Shown here in pieces: positions 56,144 through 64,000 of a stretch of 64,000 nt of DNA. The stretch spans positions 14,341 through 78,340 of the forward strand of contig JAHHHL010000030.1 of the NCBI GenBank assembly GCA_019359375.1, given 5' to 3'. A program made the position numbers and the translations under genes. How positions within the stretch are numbered: the first letter of the stretch is position 1; every line of letters starts with the position of its first letter. The notes beneath the pieces are model-generated. The model was given only the letters and a program-made list of their open reading frames with translations. It did no database searches and was not told the origin of the DNA. Source of the DNA: Lyngbya sp. HA4199-MV5. Lineage in GTDB: Bacteria; Cyanobacteriota; Cyanobacteriia; Leptolyngbyales; Leptolyngbyaceae.

Positions 56144-56599
56144 GTGAACGCACGAACGATTTACCTGTTGGCAGCACTGGCAGGTGGGGCAATTTTGCCG
56201 ATTCAAGTTGCCCTGAACACCTTGCTAAGGGGGTATGTTGGTGAACCCATGCAGGTTACATTTATCTCCTATCTTGCGGGTACTCTGGCATCGCTAGTGA
56301 TTTGTGTTTTGGCGCGGTATCCACTTCCCGCCACAACGGCGCTTGCTCAAACTTCATGGTGGATGTGGATTGGCGGCTGTTTAGGAACGTTGTATGTTTG
56401 GTCAACGATCTTTGCCACACCCAAAATTGGAGCCTCGCTAGCGCTTGCCTTAACCATTGCAGGTCAGATGATTGCAGCACTATTTCTGGATCACTATGGG
56501 GCGATCGGGCTCACGAAGTTGGAAGCAAGTCCAACTCGAATTGCTGGAGTTGTATTGGTGGTGTTAGGCGTTTCGCTGGTGGCTTATGCAAAGCGTTAA
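56144..56599 (+). CDS. DMT-family transporter (YdcZ/DUF606-like)
   Basis: GAILPIQVALN, WWMWIGG.LG, AGQMIAALFLDHYG; GTG start after AGGAGG. Confidence 0.88.
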   Translation: MNARTIYLLAALAGGAILPIQVALNTLLRGYVGEPMQVTFISYLAGTLASLVICVLARYPLPATTALAQTSWWMWIGGCLGTLYVWSTIFATPKIGASLALALTIAGQMIAALFLDHYGAIGLTKLEASPTRIAGVVLVVLGVSLVAYAKR

Positions 56600-56651
56600 T
56601 TAAACGCTCATCTTGTCTCTATGTCGGCAGCCACGATCGCTTCAAGGCAAC

Positions 56652-57704
56652 TCAACGAATTTGCGTGTAGCGATGATTGTCGATCGCCTTGAACTGTCCA
56701 CCAAAAATGAAGGATTGTGGCATCTCCTGGTTAAAGAAGTCGTGGGGAAAACCAAGTTCAATCTGGCTGATTTGATTGAGATGAGTCAACTGCTCGTTAG
56801 ATAGCTTCACGTTCACGCAGTCGAGATTGTCTTTCACCTGTGATGCTTTTCGCGCCCCGACGATCGGAATTGCGCCCTGATGCAGCAACCAGCTTAACGC
56901 CACCTGAGCTGAACTACAGCCGCTTTGAGCCGCTACTTCATCGACAGCACGAGCGATCGCGTGGTTGCGATCATCCTGTTTAACAAAAGCGGACATGCCT
57001 TCGCTATCGAGTCGCTTGGATTCATTACTGTCGTTGCTTTTGGTGTATTTCCCCGTCAGCCAACCATTTGCTAAGGGCGACCAGGCAGTGATACCAAGAT
57101 CGAGCGATCGCGCCATTGGCAGCAGTTCCCGTTCAACCGTGCGTTGCAGCAAACTATACTCGATTTGCAACCCAATGAAGGGTGTCCAGCCGCGCAAATC
57201 GGCGATCGTGTTGCACTGTGCTACGACCCAGGCGGGAGCGTCAGAAATGCCGATGTATAGCACTTTGCCTTGTCGCACCAAATCATCGAACGATCGCATC
57301 ACTTCTTCGGGCGGTGTGGTGAAATCCCAGGAATGCACCCACAGCACATCAATGTAGTCAGTATTGAGTCGCTTAAGACTGGCTTCCACCGATTGCACCA
57401 TGCGCTTACGATGATTGCCTGCACCGTTGGGATCGCTACTAGGTGTGCCATTAGAGTATTTGGTGGCAACGACGATCGCCTCTCGTTCTGAAGCAATCAA
57501 TTCACCAACATATTTTTCACTGGTGCCGTTCGTGTAAATGTTGGCAGTGTCAATGAAGTTACCACCCGCCTCACGAAAAGCTTCGTAAATGGTTTTGCAT
57601 TCATCCAGTGAGGCACCCCAACCCCAATCTTCACCAAAGGTCATCGTGCCGAGGCACAGTTCTGAAACGCGCAAGCCGCTTTTACCTAGTAATTTGTAGC
57701 GCAT
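56652..57704 (-). CDS. Aldo/keto reductase
   Basis: LGKSGLRVSELCLGTM, FIDTANIY, ATKY, SLKRLNTDYID, WSPLA.G.LTGKY. Confidence 0.95.
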   Translation of the reverse strand: MRYKLLGKSGLRVSELCLGTMTFGEDWGWGASLDECKTIYEAFREAGGNFIDTANIYTNGTSEKYVGELIASEREAIVVATKYSNGTPSSDPNGAGNHRKRMVQSVEASLKRLNTDYIDVLWVHSWDFTTPPEEVMRSFDDLVRQGKVLYIGISDAPAWVVAQCNTIADLRGWTPFIGLQIEYSLLQRTVERELLPMARSLDLGITAWSPLANGWLTGKYTKSNDSNESKRLDSEGMSAFVKQDDRNHAIARAVDEVAAQSGCSSAQVALSWLLHQGAIPIVGARKASQVKDNLDCVNVKLSNEQLTHLNQISQIELGFPHDFFNQEMPQSFIFGGQFKAIDNHRYTQIR

Positions 57705-57866
57705 GATGGAGAACTCCTATGAATTATTTGTCAGGGCTGAAGTGAATTTAGTGAAGCCAATGCCTGAACTACCCCCTACAACCACCACAATTTGATTGCT
57801 AAATCTCATAACTTCTGTGCTTCTAACCTCTAAATTTACCTCTACACTTGAATGGGTACTGCCAAT

Positions 57867-58547
57867 CTATTTCAAAGCAGAGGGTTGTCGTCCGCCGAGA
57901 CGTTGGGTTTGAGCGAACGGTAAGGTATGGACAGAGATCGCTGCGGTCGATCCCATCTCTTGTTGAATCATTAATAGGCGAATAAAGTCTCCCGTGCCTT
58001 CAATTAAGCGGGCGTGTCGCAACTCGCCACAGTCGATCGGCTGAAAGCCAATTTCTGCTGCAAGCTGCATTACGGTTTGTTTTGCCGCCTCATCATCGCC
58101 TGCCACAAACACGGAGACGTTGTAATCTTTGAGTGGATCTGGTGCCAATTCAAACAATTCTTGTGCCATCGTGTTGAACGCTTTCACCACCCGTGCTTTG
58201 GGAGCTTCAGCAGCAAGTTTTTCAACCAGAGATTGGGTAATTGCCGGATACGCAAAGTTCTCTGGAATTTCCTGGTTATTGCAATCAATCAGGATTTTAC
58301 TATCGAGAACGCTAATGGACGAGAACACTTCAGTCGGGTTCACACCGCGTGCCGTGTACAGCAAGACTTCTCCAAACATTGCCGCTGCATCATTGGAGCC
58401 GCCTTGAGTCTGATGTCCGGCACTGGCTGCAACCGCTTCACCTTTTTCAGCCGTGCGGGCACCAAAAAATACCTCATGTCCCTGCTCTGCCCAGAGAATG
58501 CCGAGCGATCGCCCCATATTGCCACTGCCAATAATGCCAATTTTCAT
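57867..58547 (-). CDS. NADPH-dependent F420 reductase-like dinucleotide-binding oxidoreductase
   Basis: IGIIGSGNMG, ILIDCNN, VVKAFNT, AGDD..AK. Confidence 0.85.
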   Translation of the reverse strand: MKIGIIGSGNMGRSLGILWAEQGHEVFFGARTAEKGEAVAASAGHQTQGGSNDAAAMFGEVLLYTARGVNPTEVFSSISVLDSKILIDCNNQEIPENFAYPAITQSLVEKLAAEAPKARVVKAFNTMAQELFELAPDPLKDYNVSVFVAGDDEAAKQTVMQLAAEIGFQPIDCGELRHARLIEGTGDFIRLLMIQQEMGSTAAISVHTLPFAQTQRLGGRQPSALK

Positions 58548-58571
58548 GGCTTCAAAACTCCTTTTACCCTG

Positions 58572-58688
58572 CTAGTAAATTTGCCTGTAGCGACGATTAT
58601 CGATCGCCTTGAATTGTCCACCCAAAACAGACGGCTGCGGTATTTCCCGACTAGAGAAGTCATGCGGGAAGCAGAGTTCAAAGCGCCT
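58572..58688 (-). pseudogene. 3' remnant of an aldo/keto reductase paralog
   Basis: RFELCFPHDFSSREIPQPSVLGGQFKAIDNRRYRQIY* aligns with the C-terminus of 56652-57704. Confidence 0.8.
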
Positions 58689-58690
58689 AA

Positions 58691-58909
58691 TTAATTCTCC
58701 TGAATGTATTTGAGAAAGGCGTAGGCTTGCTCCAGAGACAGGCGAAAACGGTCTCCCTCGTAATCAATGATGTAAGTACCTAAGACTTCACCGCAGGCAG
58801 TACATGTAACCGCGTTTGACTTGAGTGTTTCAACACTGAGCTGCAAAATTTGTGCTTTCAGCCAGTTTTGAAAGGAATCTGTGAGCGTTGAATTAGGAAT
58901 CATTGTCAT
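58691..58909 (-). CDS. Small hypothetical protein with CxxC
   Basis: 72-aa ORF; no family recognised. Confidence 0.55.
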   Translation of the reverse strand: MTMIPNSTLTDSFQNWLKAQILQLSVETLKSNAVTCTACGEVLGTYIIDYEGDRFRLSLEQAYAFLKYIQEN

Positions 58910-58940
58910 GGAGATTAGTGGATACAGAGTTAAATATTAG

Positions 58941-59116
58941 CTAGAACGGACGGTTCTCTTCCTCCTACATCCAGGTCATCTTCATGCCGCGAACGCGCCA
59001 ACCGGACGAAGTACTGGCAAATCATGGTTGTAATGTCCTCCCAATGTCCATACTCCTTTCCATGCATCCAGAGCGACATGGCGTGCTTGAAAGTGGGAGC
59101 GGCAAGTGACAGAACT
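58941..59116 (-). pseudogene. NTF2/SnoaL-like protein C-terminal remnant
   Basis: CRSHFQARH...WTLGGHYNHDL/(shift)GWRVRGMKMTWM*E; frameshift and nonsense codon. Confidence 0.55.
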
Positions 59117-59119
59117 AAC

Positions 59120-60034
59120 TTATCCCAGTCCGCCGCCATCGACGCTGAATTGTCCACCCGATACATAAGAGGCTTGATCCGATGCTAACCACAGCACCAT
59201 TGCTGCTACTTCTTCAGGTTGTCCGACTCGTTTGATGGGGTAGGGTTGCACCAATTGTTCTTTGGTGACTTTCCAATCCCGCTCTACTCGGTCGAGCATT
59301 GCCGTGTCGATCGCTCCGGGCAAAACGGCATTAATTCGCAACTTCCCATATTCCTGCGCCGCCATCTTGGTCATGTGAATGATTGCCGCTTTACTGGCTC
59401 CATACCCGACAATGTTAGGAAACGCTCGATAGCCACCAATGCTTGCCATGTTGATGATCGCCCCTCGCCCTGCTTTGAGCATGGGAGGAATCTCATATTT
59501 CATGCCCAAAAAAACTCCCCGCGCGTTGGTGCTCATTAAGTCATCAAACTCAGTAATGGGCGTATCGGCGATCGGGTGTGGCGGAAAATCTACCCCCGCA
59601 TTGTTGAAGGCAACATCCAGGCGACCATATTTGGCAACGCAAGCATCCACAAACGCTTTCACCTGCTCCGCCTGCCGCACATCTGCCCGCATGTAGGTTC
59701 CCTCGCCACCGAAGCCTTTGATTTTAGCTTCCACCTGTTTGCCTAAGTTTTCACGCCGTCCGCAGAAGAATACTTTTGCGCCTTCATGGGCAAACGCATA
59801 GGCAGTTGCTTCACCAATGCCAGAGGTTGCCCCTGTAATCAGCACCACTTTGTTGGCAAATTTGCCCTGGGAATTGGCTTTTCCAGTTTCGGAGGCGATC
59901 GGCGTTTTCGTATTTGCCTGTACCTGTTGGGCGATCGTCGTGGCTGCAACTCCAGCGGCTCCCACTGCTCCAACTGTTAGCATCTGACGGCGAGATAAAG
60001 CAGAACGGAATAAGGTTTTGAAGCGTTGCATCAT
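59120..60034 (-). CDS. SDR-family oxidoreductase with predicted Tat signal peptide
   Basis: SRRQML + hydrophobic + VQA; TGATSGIG, FNNAG, YGASK. Confidence 0.9.
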   Translation of the reverse strand: MMQRFKTLFRSALSRRQMLTVGAVGAAGVAATTIAQQVQANTKTPIASETGKANSQGKFANKVVLITGATSGIGEATAYAFAHEGAKVFFCGRRENLGKQVEAKIKGFGGEGTYMRADVRQAEQVKAFVDACVAKYGRLDVAFNNAGVDFPPHPIADTPITEFDDLMSTNARGVFLGMKYEIPPMLKAGRGAIINMASIGGYRAFPNIVGYGASKAAIIHMTKMAAQEYGKLRINAVLPGAIDTAMLDRVERDWKVTKEQLVQPYPIKRVGQPEEVAAMVLWLASDQASYVSGGQFSVDGGGLG

Positions 60035-60149
60035 GAGTTTGTATGAATGAGTATTCAGTTAATGTTTTCACTCTAGAAAAAATCTGAGAAAACTTCACGA
60101 TCGATTCTTGCGGAAAATTATCGCAATCTTGCTCACTTCAGGTAAGGGA

Positions 60150-60974
60150 TTACACGCTGGCACGGTAGCTTCTAGGAGTCGTCCCTGTCAGCTTGCGGAA
60201 CTGCGTTGTGAAGTGGCTCTGATTTGAGAACCCAACCCGATCGCTAATCTCCGCCACCGATAACTGCGTCACCGACAAAAACACCTTGGCGCGTTCAATG
60301 CGACGCTGTGTTACATAGCGGTGAGGGCTTTCTCCCGTTGCGGCTTTGAACGATCGCGCAAAATGAAACTCACTCATCGGCACGATCGCTGCCAGAGTCG
60401 CAATGCTCAACGATTCGGCTAAATGATCATCGATATAAGTCTTGATGGAATGCAATTGCGGCAGACTCAAGCGAGTTTCAACGGTCTTAATGGATGTCGC
60501 TTGGCTGTAGTGCCGCAGCAGATGAATCAGCAGCACATTCCGTAGCGATTCCACAAACAAATCGCCCGAAAGTCCACCATTCAATACTTCGGCTTTCAGT
60601 AAGTGCGCGATGTGCAGAATTGTGGGATCGAGAAACAGCACGCGGTGATTGAGTTGAGTATCTGCTGGCAGTCCGCTTTCGACAGCAATACGGCTGATTA
60701 ACTGTGGATCAAAGGTAATATGAATCCACTCGCTGGGTTTCTCACGCTGATGCCAGACAAATTGACGTGAAGCATACAGAAATACACTGCCTGGAGGCAC
60801 GGCGGTTGTCTGGCGATCGCTGCCATCCACCGACCAAATCACACGATCGTGGGGCGCAAACGCGACGGCAATTCCCTCCTGTGGCATCGCCGCATCAAAC
60901 TCTCCTGTCTCAAACATCTGCCCATAGTCGATGGAAATGCCATTCCACTCCCGCCGCATCACGTTGAATTGCAT
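60150..60974 (-). CDS. AraC-family transcriptional regulator
   Basis: MSEFHFARSFK.ATG.SPH.YV..RRIERAK, VGFSNQSHFT..FRK.TG.TP..YR. Confidence 0.93.
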   Translation of the reverse strand: MQFNVMRREWNGISIDYGQMFETGEFDAAMPQEGIAVAFAPHDRVIWSVDGSDRQTTAVPPGSVFLYASRQFVWHQREKPSEWIHITFDPQLISRIAVESGLPADTQLNHRVLFLDPTILHIAHLLKAEVLNGGLSGDLFVESLRNVLLIHLLRHYSQATSIKTVETRLSLPQLHSIKTYIDDHLAESLSIATLAAIVPMSEFHFARSFKAATGESPHRYVTQRRIERAKVFLSVTQLSVAEISDRVGFSNQSHFTTQFRKLTGTTPRSYRASV

Positions 60975-61070
60975 CGCTCCATCCTAACTTTTCCTAAAGC
61001 TGGCTTAGTTTCAGACGATCGCCCTACTGTCAGTGATTGTAAATTCGTTAACTTAATCGTGAATGAATCC

Positions 61071-61928
61071 CTAGTGAGATGGTGCTGCGTCTGCAAAATC
61101 CGTGTTAGCGGCGATCGCTTCCCATTCATTAAGTTCCTGAGTAAGCGACTCAATTTTCTCTCGAAACTTGCTGTAGGCATACCGACCCAGCACTAATCGT
61201 AGGGGTGGATTTTCAGCATTGACGACTTGAATGATCGCCTGCGCCGCTTTATCTGGATCACCGGGTTGGCTACCTTCAATCGTGTTAAGAAATTGCAGAA
61301 ACTTACCAACGGTGGGTTGATATGCCTCCATACTGTGTTCGGCACGATCGAGCGATCGTCCAATGAAGTCTGTCCGAAAGGGACCAGGTTCCACAATGGT
61401 GACTTTGATTCCCAGGGGTGCCACTTCTCCATACACGGCTTCCGACACACCTTCCAGTGCAAATTTCGCGCCGCCATAGATGGAAAAACCCAACTCATTG
61501 GTAAAGCCTGCGATCGCCGACATATTGATAATGTGACCGCTCTGCTGTTGCCGCATGATCGGTAGCACTGCCCGCATCATGTTGATGGAACCAAAGAGAA
61601 CGGTGTCAAAGTTCCGCTGAATCTGGGCATCGCTAACCTCTTCCAGGGCACCAATCAAGCCATAGCCTGCATTGTTCACCAAAACATCAATCCGTCCAAA
61701 GGTGGCGATCGCCGCCTCCACCGCTTCACGAATACTCTGAGGTTGAGTCACATCCAGCCAAATCGCTTTCACGCGATCGGGATACTGCTTCACTAAGTCA
61801 TCGAGTTGTTCCGGTTTGCGGGCAGTGGCAATCAGGCGGCTTCCATGCTTGAGAACGGCTTCTGCTAAAGAGCGTCCAAACCCGGTAGAACTGCCTGTAA
61901 TCAACCAAACTTTTGTGCTGTCAGTCAT
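61071..61928 (-). CDS. SDR-family oxidoreductase
   Basis: WLITGSSTGFG, DVLVNNAGYG, YGGAKFALEG; paralog of 54195-55076. Confidence 0.92.
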   Translation of the reverse strand: MTDSTKVWLITGSSTGFGRSLAEAVLKHGSRLIATARKPEQLDDLVKQYPDRVKAIWLDVTQPQSIREAVEAAIATFGRIDVLVNNAGYGLIGALEEVSDAQIQRNFDTVLFGSINMMRAVLPIMRQQQSGHIINMSAIAGFTNELGFSIYGGAKFALEGVSEAVYGEVAPLGIKVTIVEPGPFRTDFIGRSLDRAEHSMEAYQPTVGKFLQFLNTIEGSQPGDPDKAAQAIIQVVNAENPPLRLVLGRYAYSKFREKIESLTQELNEWEAIAANTDFADAAPSH

Positions 61929-61990
61929 AAGAACTCCTTCTGGTAAGTAATCTGTTGACGATCGCAATCAGACAGACCGTGAGCCGAGCG

Positions 61991-62781
61991 TTAGTTAACC
62001 GTTGGCACAAAACCACCATCCACTCGGATATTGGCACCATTGATGTAGTTAGCTTTGGGACTGGCAACAAAAGCAATGGCATTGGCAATATCTTCAACCC
62101 GTCCCAGTCGCCCTGATGGATTCGGTGCCCATTCAGCCACCAATTTCTGTTCGCGCTCAATTCTATTCTGAGGAACTCCCATTTCATCGGCAAGCTTATC
62201 CACTATCTCTGTCCAAATCAAGCCCGGACTGATGGCATTGCTGGTTACACCCGTATTCGCTAGGGCATTGGCAAGCGAAACGGAGAGATTCACCACAGCA
62301 GCTTTTGATGCCGCGTAAGCACCTTGAAAGACCTGGGGTTTGCTGGCTTCACCACTGGCAATGGAAATGATGCGCCCCAACCCTGCTCTTTCATCGTTGG
62401 AGCAAAACGATTGATTAACCGGATCAAGCCAGCGACGTTAAGGTTATAAATTTCCATCCAGGTATCGGCATTGGTTTGGAACCAATCTCCCACAGGTGCG
62501 ATGCCTGCATTGTTGACCAGAATATCAATGCCACTGATCGCGCTCAAGGTCGCTTCAACTACAGCTTCTGCACCTGCATCCGTTGCTAAATCACCCACTG
62601 CGATCGCCGCTTTCCCACCTGTCGCCACGATCTCATCAGCAACTCGCTTCGCCTCGGCTTCTCTCCGACCCTGCACCACAACGATCGCTCCTTCAGTTGC
62701 CAGTGTTTTGGCGATCGCTTCCCCAAGTCCACTGGTGCTGCCCGTAATCAGTGCCCGCTTGTCGTTGAGTTGTAGATCCAT
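61991..62781 (-). pseudogene. SDR-family oxidoreductase, frameshifted
   Basis: TGSTSGLG and NNAG in ORF 62290-62781; GRII, YAASK in ORF 61991-62380; shift in G4 run (plus C4 62375-62378). Confidence 0.8.
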
Positions 62782-62801
62782 TGCTTATATTCCTCTTTTG
62801 G

Positions 62802-63508
62802 TTAATAAGAAATCTCTTGACGATCGCGAAAAAACCTGCCGTGGGTGAAGCGTCGGTTGCCAGCCAGATTGCAGTATCCGCTCCCTGTTCTGGGGTACGA
62901 GGCGCAGACGCACCCCCCATATCCGTTCGCACCCAACCAGGACACATGGCATACACCGTAATCCCTTTCGATTGCAGTGCCTCTGCCAGCATGATGGTTG
63001 CCCCGTTGAGCGCCAATTTTGATAAGCAATAGCTGGGTACATTGGCAGACAAGCCATCCAGCGCCCCATAGCCACTCGAAACGTTGATGATGCGGGCAGC
63101 AGAAGCTTTCTCTAGCAGTGGCAAAAACGCCCGGGCAGTCCGAATGGGGCCAAAGGTATTCGTACTGAATGTGCGATCGAGCAAATCGCGGTTAATGGTG
63201 AGAATGTTCACCCCTTCGTCGGGGTAAATGCCTGCATTGTTAATCAAGACATCAATGTGAGGGAAGTCATGTTGCGCTGCTGTAACGGCATGATGAATTG
63301 AATCATCATCAGCAACATCTAAAACTAAAGGATGGATTTGGGAGGACTGAAGTTTGTTGATCGCTTGTTTCGCCTTGTCGAGCGATCGAGCTGCCAGAAT
63401 TACCTCAAAACCAGCTTTCAGCAAGCCCTGACAGATAGCAAACCCAATGCCCTTATTGCCGCCCGTCACTAACGCATATTTATTTTGATCGTTAAAATTC
63501 ACGTTCAT
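62802..63508 (-). CDS. SDR-family (carbonyl-reductase-like) oxidoreductase with C-terminal frameshift
   Basis: TGGNKGIG, LINNAG, YCLSK, PGWVRTDMGG; family-type end GRFFRDRQEISY* (stop 62802) lies in another frame, the current frame reads through to 62693. Confidence 0.8.
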
Positions 63509-63916
63509 CTAGAGAGCCTTATGGTCATGATTTAAGTTGACGATGGATATTGTTGCTCCTGACAGTTTACTCAGTGAATAAGATGGTGATCGTACTCATT
63601 AACATATCTGGCTTGATCGGTTTGCACAAACAGTGATGGAAACGTCCTAACAGCGCTTTTTGATGGTTTTCGGCTCCTATATTACAAATTTTGTTTGCCG
63701 CTTTGATCGTCCCTCTTCAGGGTATGGAATTGAGGTGGCTCCTGTCTTCTCAGTTCTTGCGAAAGTTAGCGTGATGTTGTGGCACCTGGAGCGAAATTTT
63801 ATTGAATTCGCGCAAGATGTGGCTAGTTTTCGCAAGGTTTGCAAAGACAATGATTGCTCCAATCCTTAACGTTAGGTAGCTATAGAAGCAATTTGTCTTT
63901 AACCAGGAGTTTTGCG

Positions 63917-64000
63917 ATGAAAGGTTTAATCTATGGCTCTGCGTTAGCGGCAGTGGCGCTGACTTTCAGCACGTTGTCTGTACAAGCAGCAGATGTTACG
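63917..64000 (+). CDS. N-terminus of a secreted protein, partial at window edge
   Basis: AGGAG RBS then MKGLIYGSALAAVALTFSTLSVQAADVT signal peptide. Confidence 0.65.
   Translation, partial: MKGLIYGSALAAVALTFSTLSVQAADVT

Larger units (their letters stand above)
1..64000. repeat. HIP1 octamer (GCGATCGC) highly iterated across the window
   Basis: Recurrent perfect and near-perfect GCGATCGC in coding and non-coding DNA (e.g. 784, 5222, 7114, 35647, 35710, 36792, 54838); hallmark of many cyanobacteria. Confidence 0.95.

Noticed and set aside
1-64000. tRNA, rRNA, CRISPR-cas, integrase or prophage genes
   Set aside because: None recognised by eye; tRNAscan/Infernal not run

Overview
Cyanobacterial chromosome segment, most likely from a filamentous non-heterocystous strain. 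This is inferred from very dense HIP1 (GCGATCGC), heptamer STRR arrays, and psb35/nblB/chlB/HetZ-related genes. Bases 1-50,700 are mostly core genes (rimM, avtA, psb35, rsmB, thiL, mutS2, gloB, nblB, argG, purQ, nei, chlB, aspA/fumC-type, pdhB), interleaved with two-component genes, small toxin-antitoxin-like pairs and repeat proteins. Bases 50,800-63,500 are a decaying accessory redox/detox island: an IS630, a broken molybdo-enzyme operon, a TamR/PecS-like MarR with four tandem operators, and five SDRs (one with a Tat signal, two frameshifted). The most striking signal lies in the repeats. A dispersed composite element has a conserved 26-bp core (consensus GAAGGAGNCAGGAACGGCTCATGCAC) between inverted variable-number heptamer arms; there are 4 full copies and 1 disrupted copy. 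Related heptamer arrays also sit in-frame inside five otherwise intact genes (rimM, rsmB, thiL, mutS2 x3, a VOC gene). Also present are two MITE families, a HIP1-bounded 70-bp direct repeat bracketing an HNH cassette, and an orphan solute-binding lipoprotein operonic with a cyanobacteriochrome-type sensor kinase. No tRNA, rRNA or CRISPR array was recognised. All family calls come from motif recognition by eye, not database searches.
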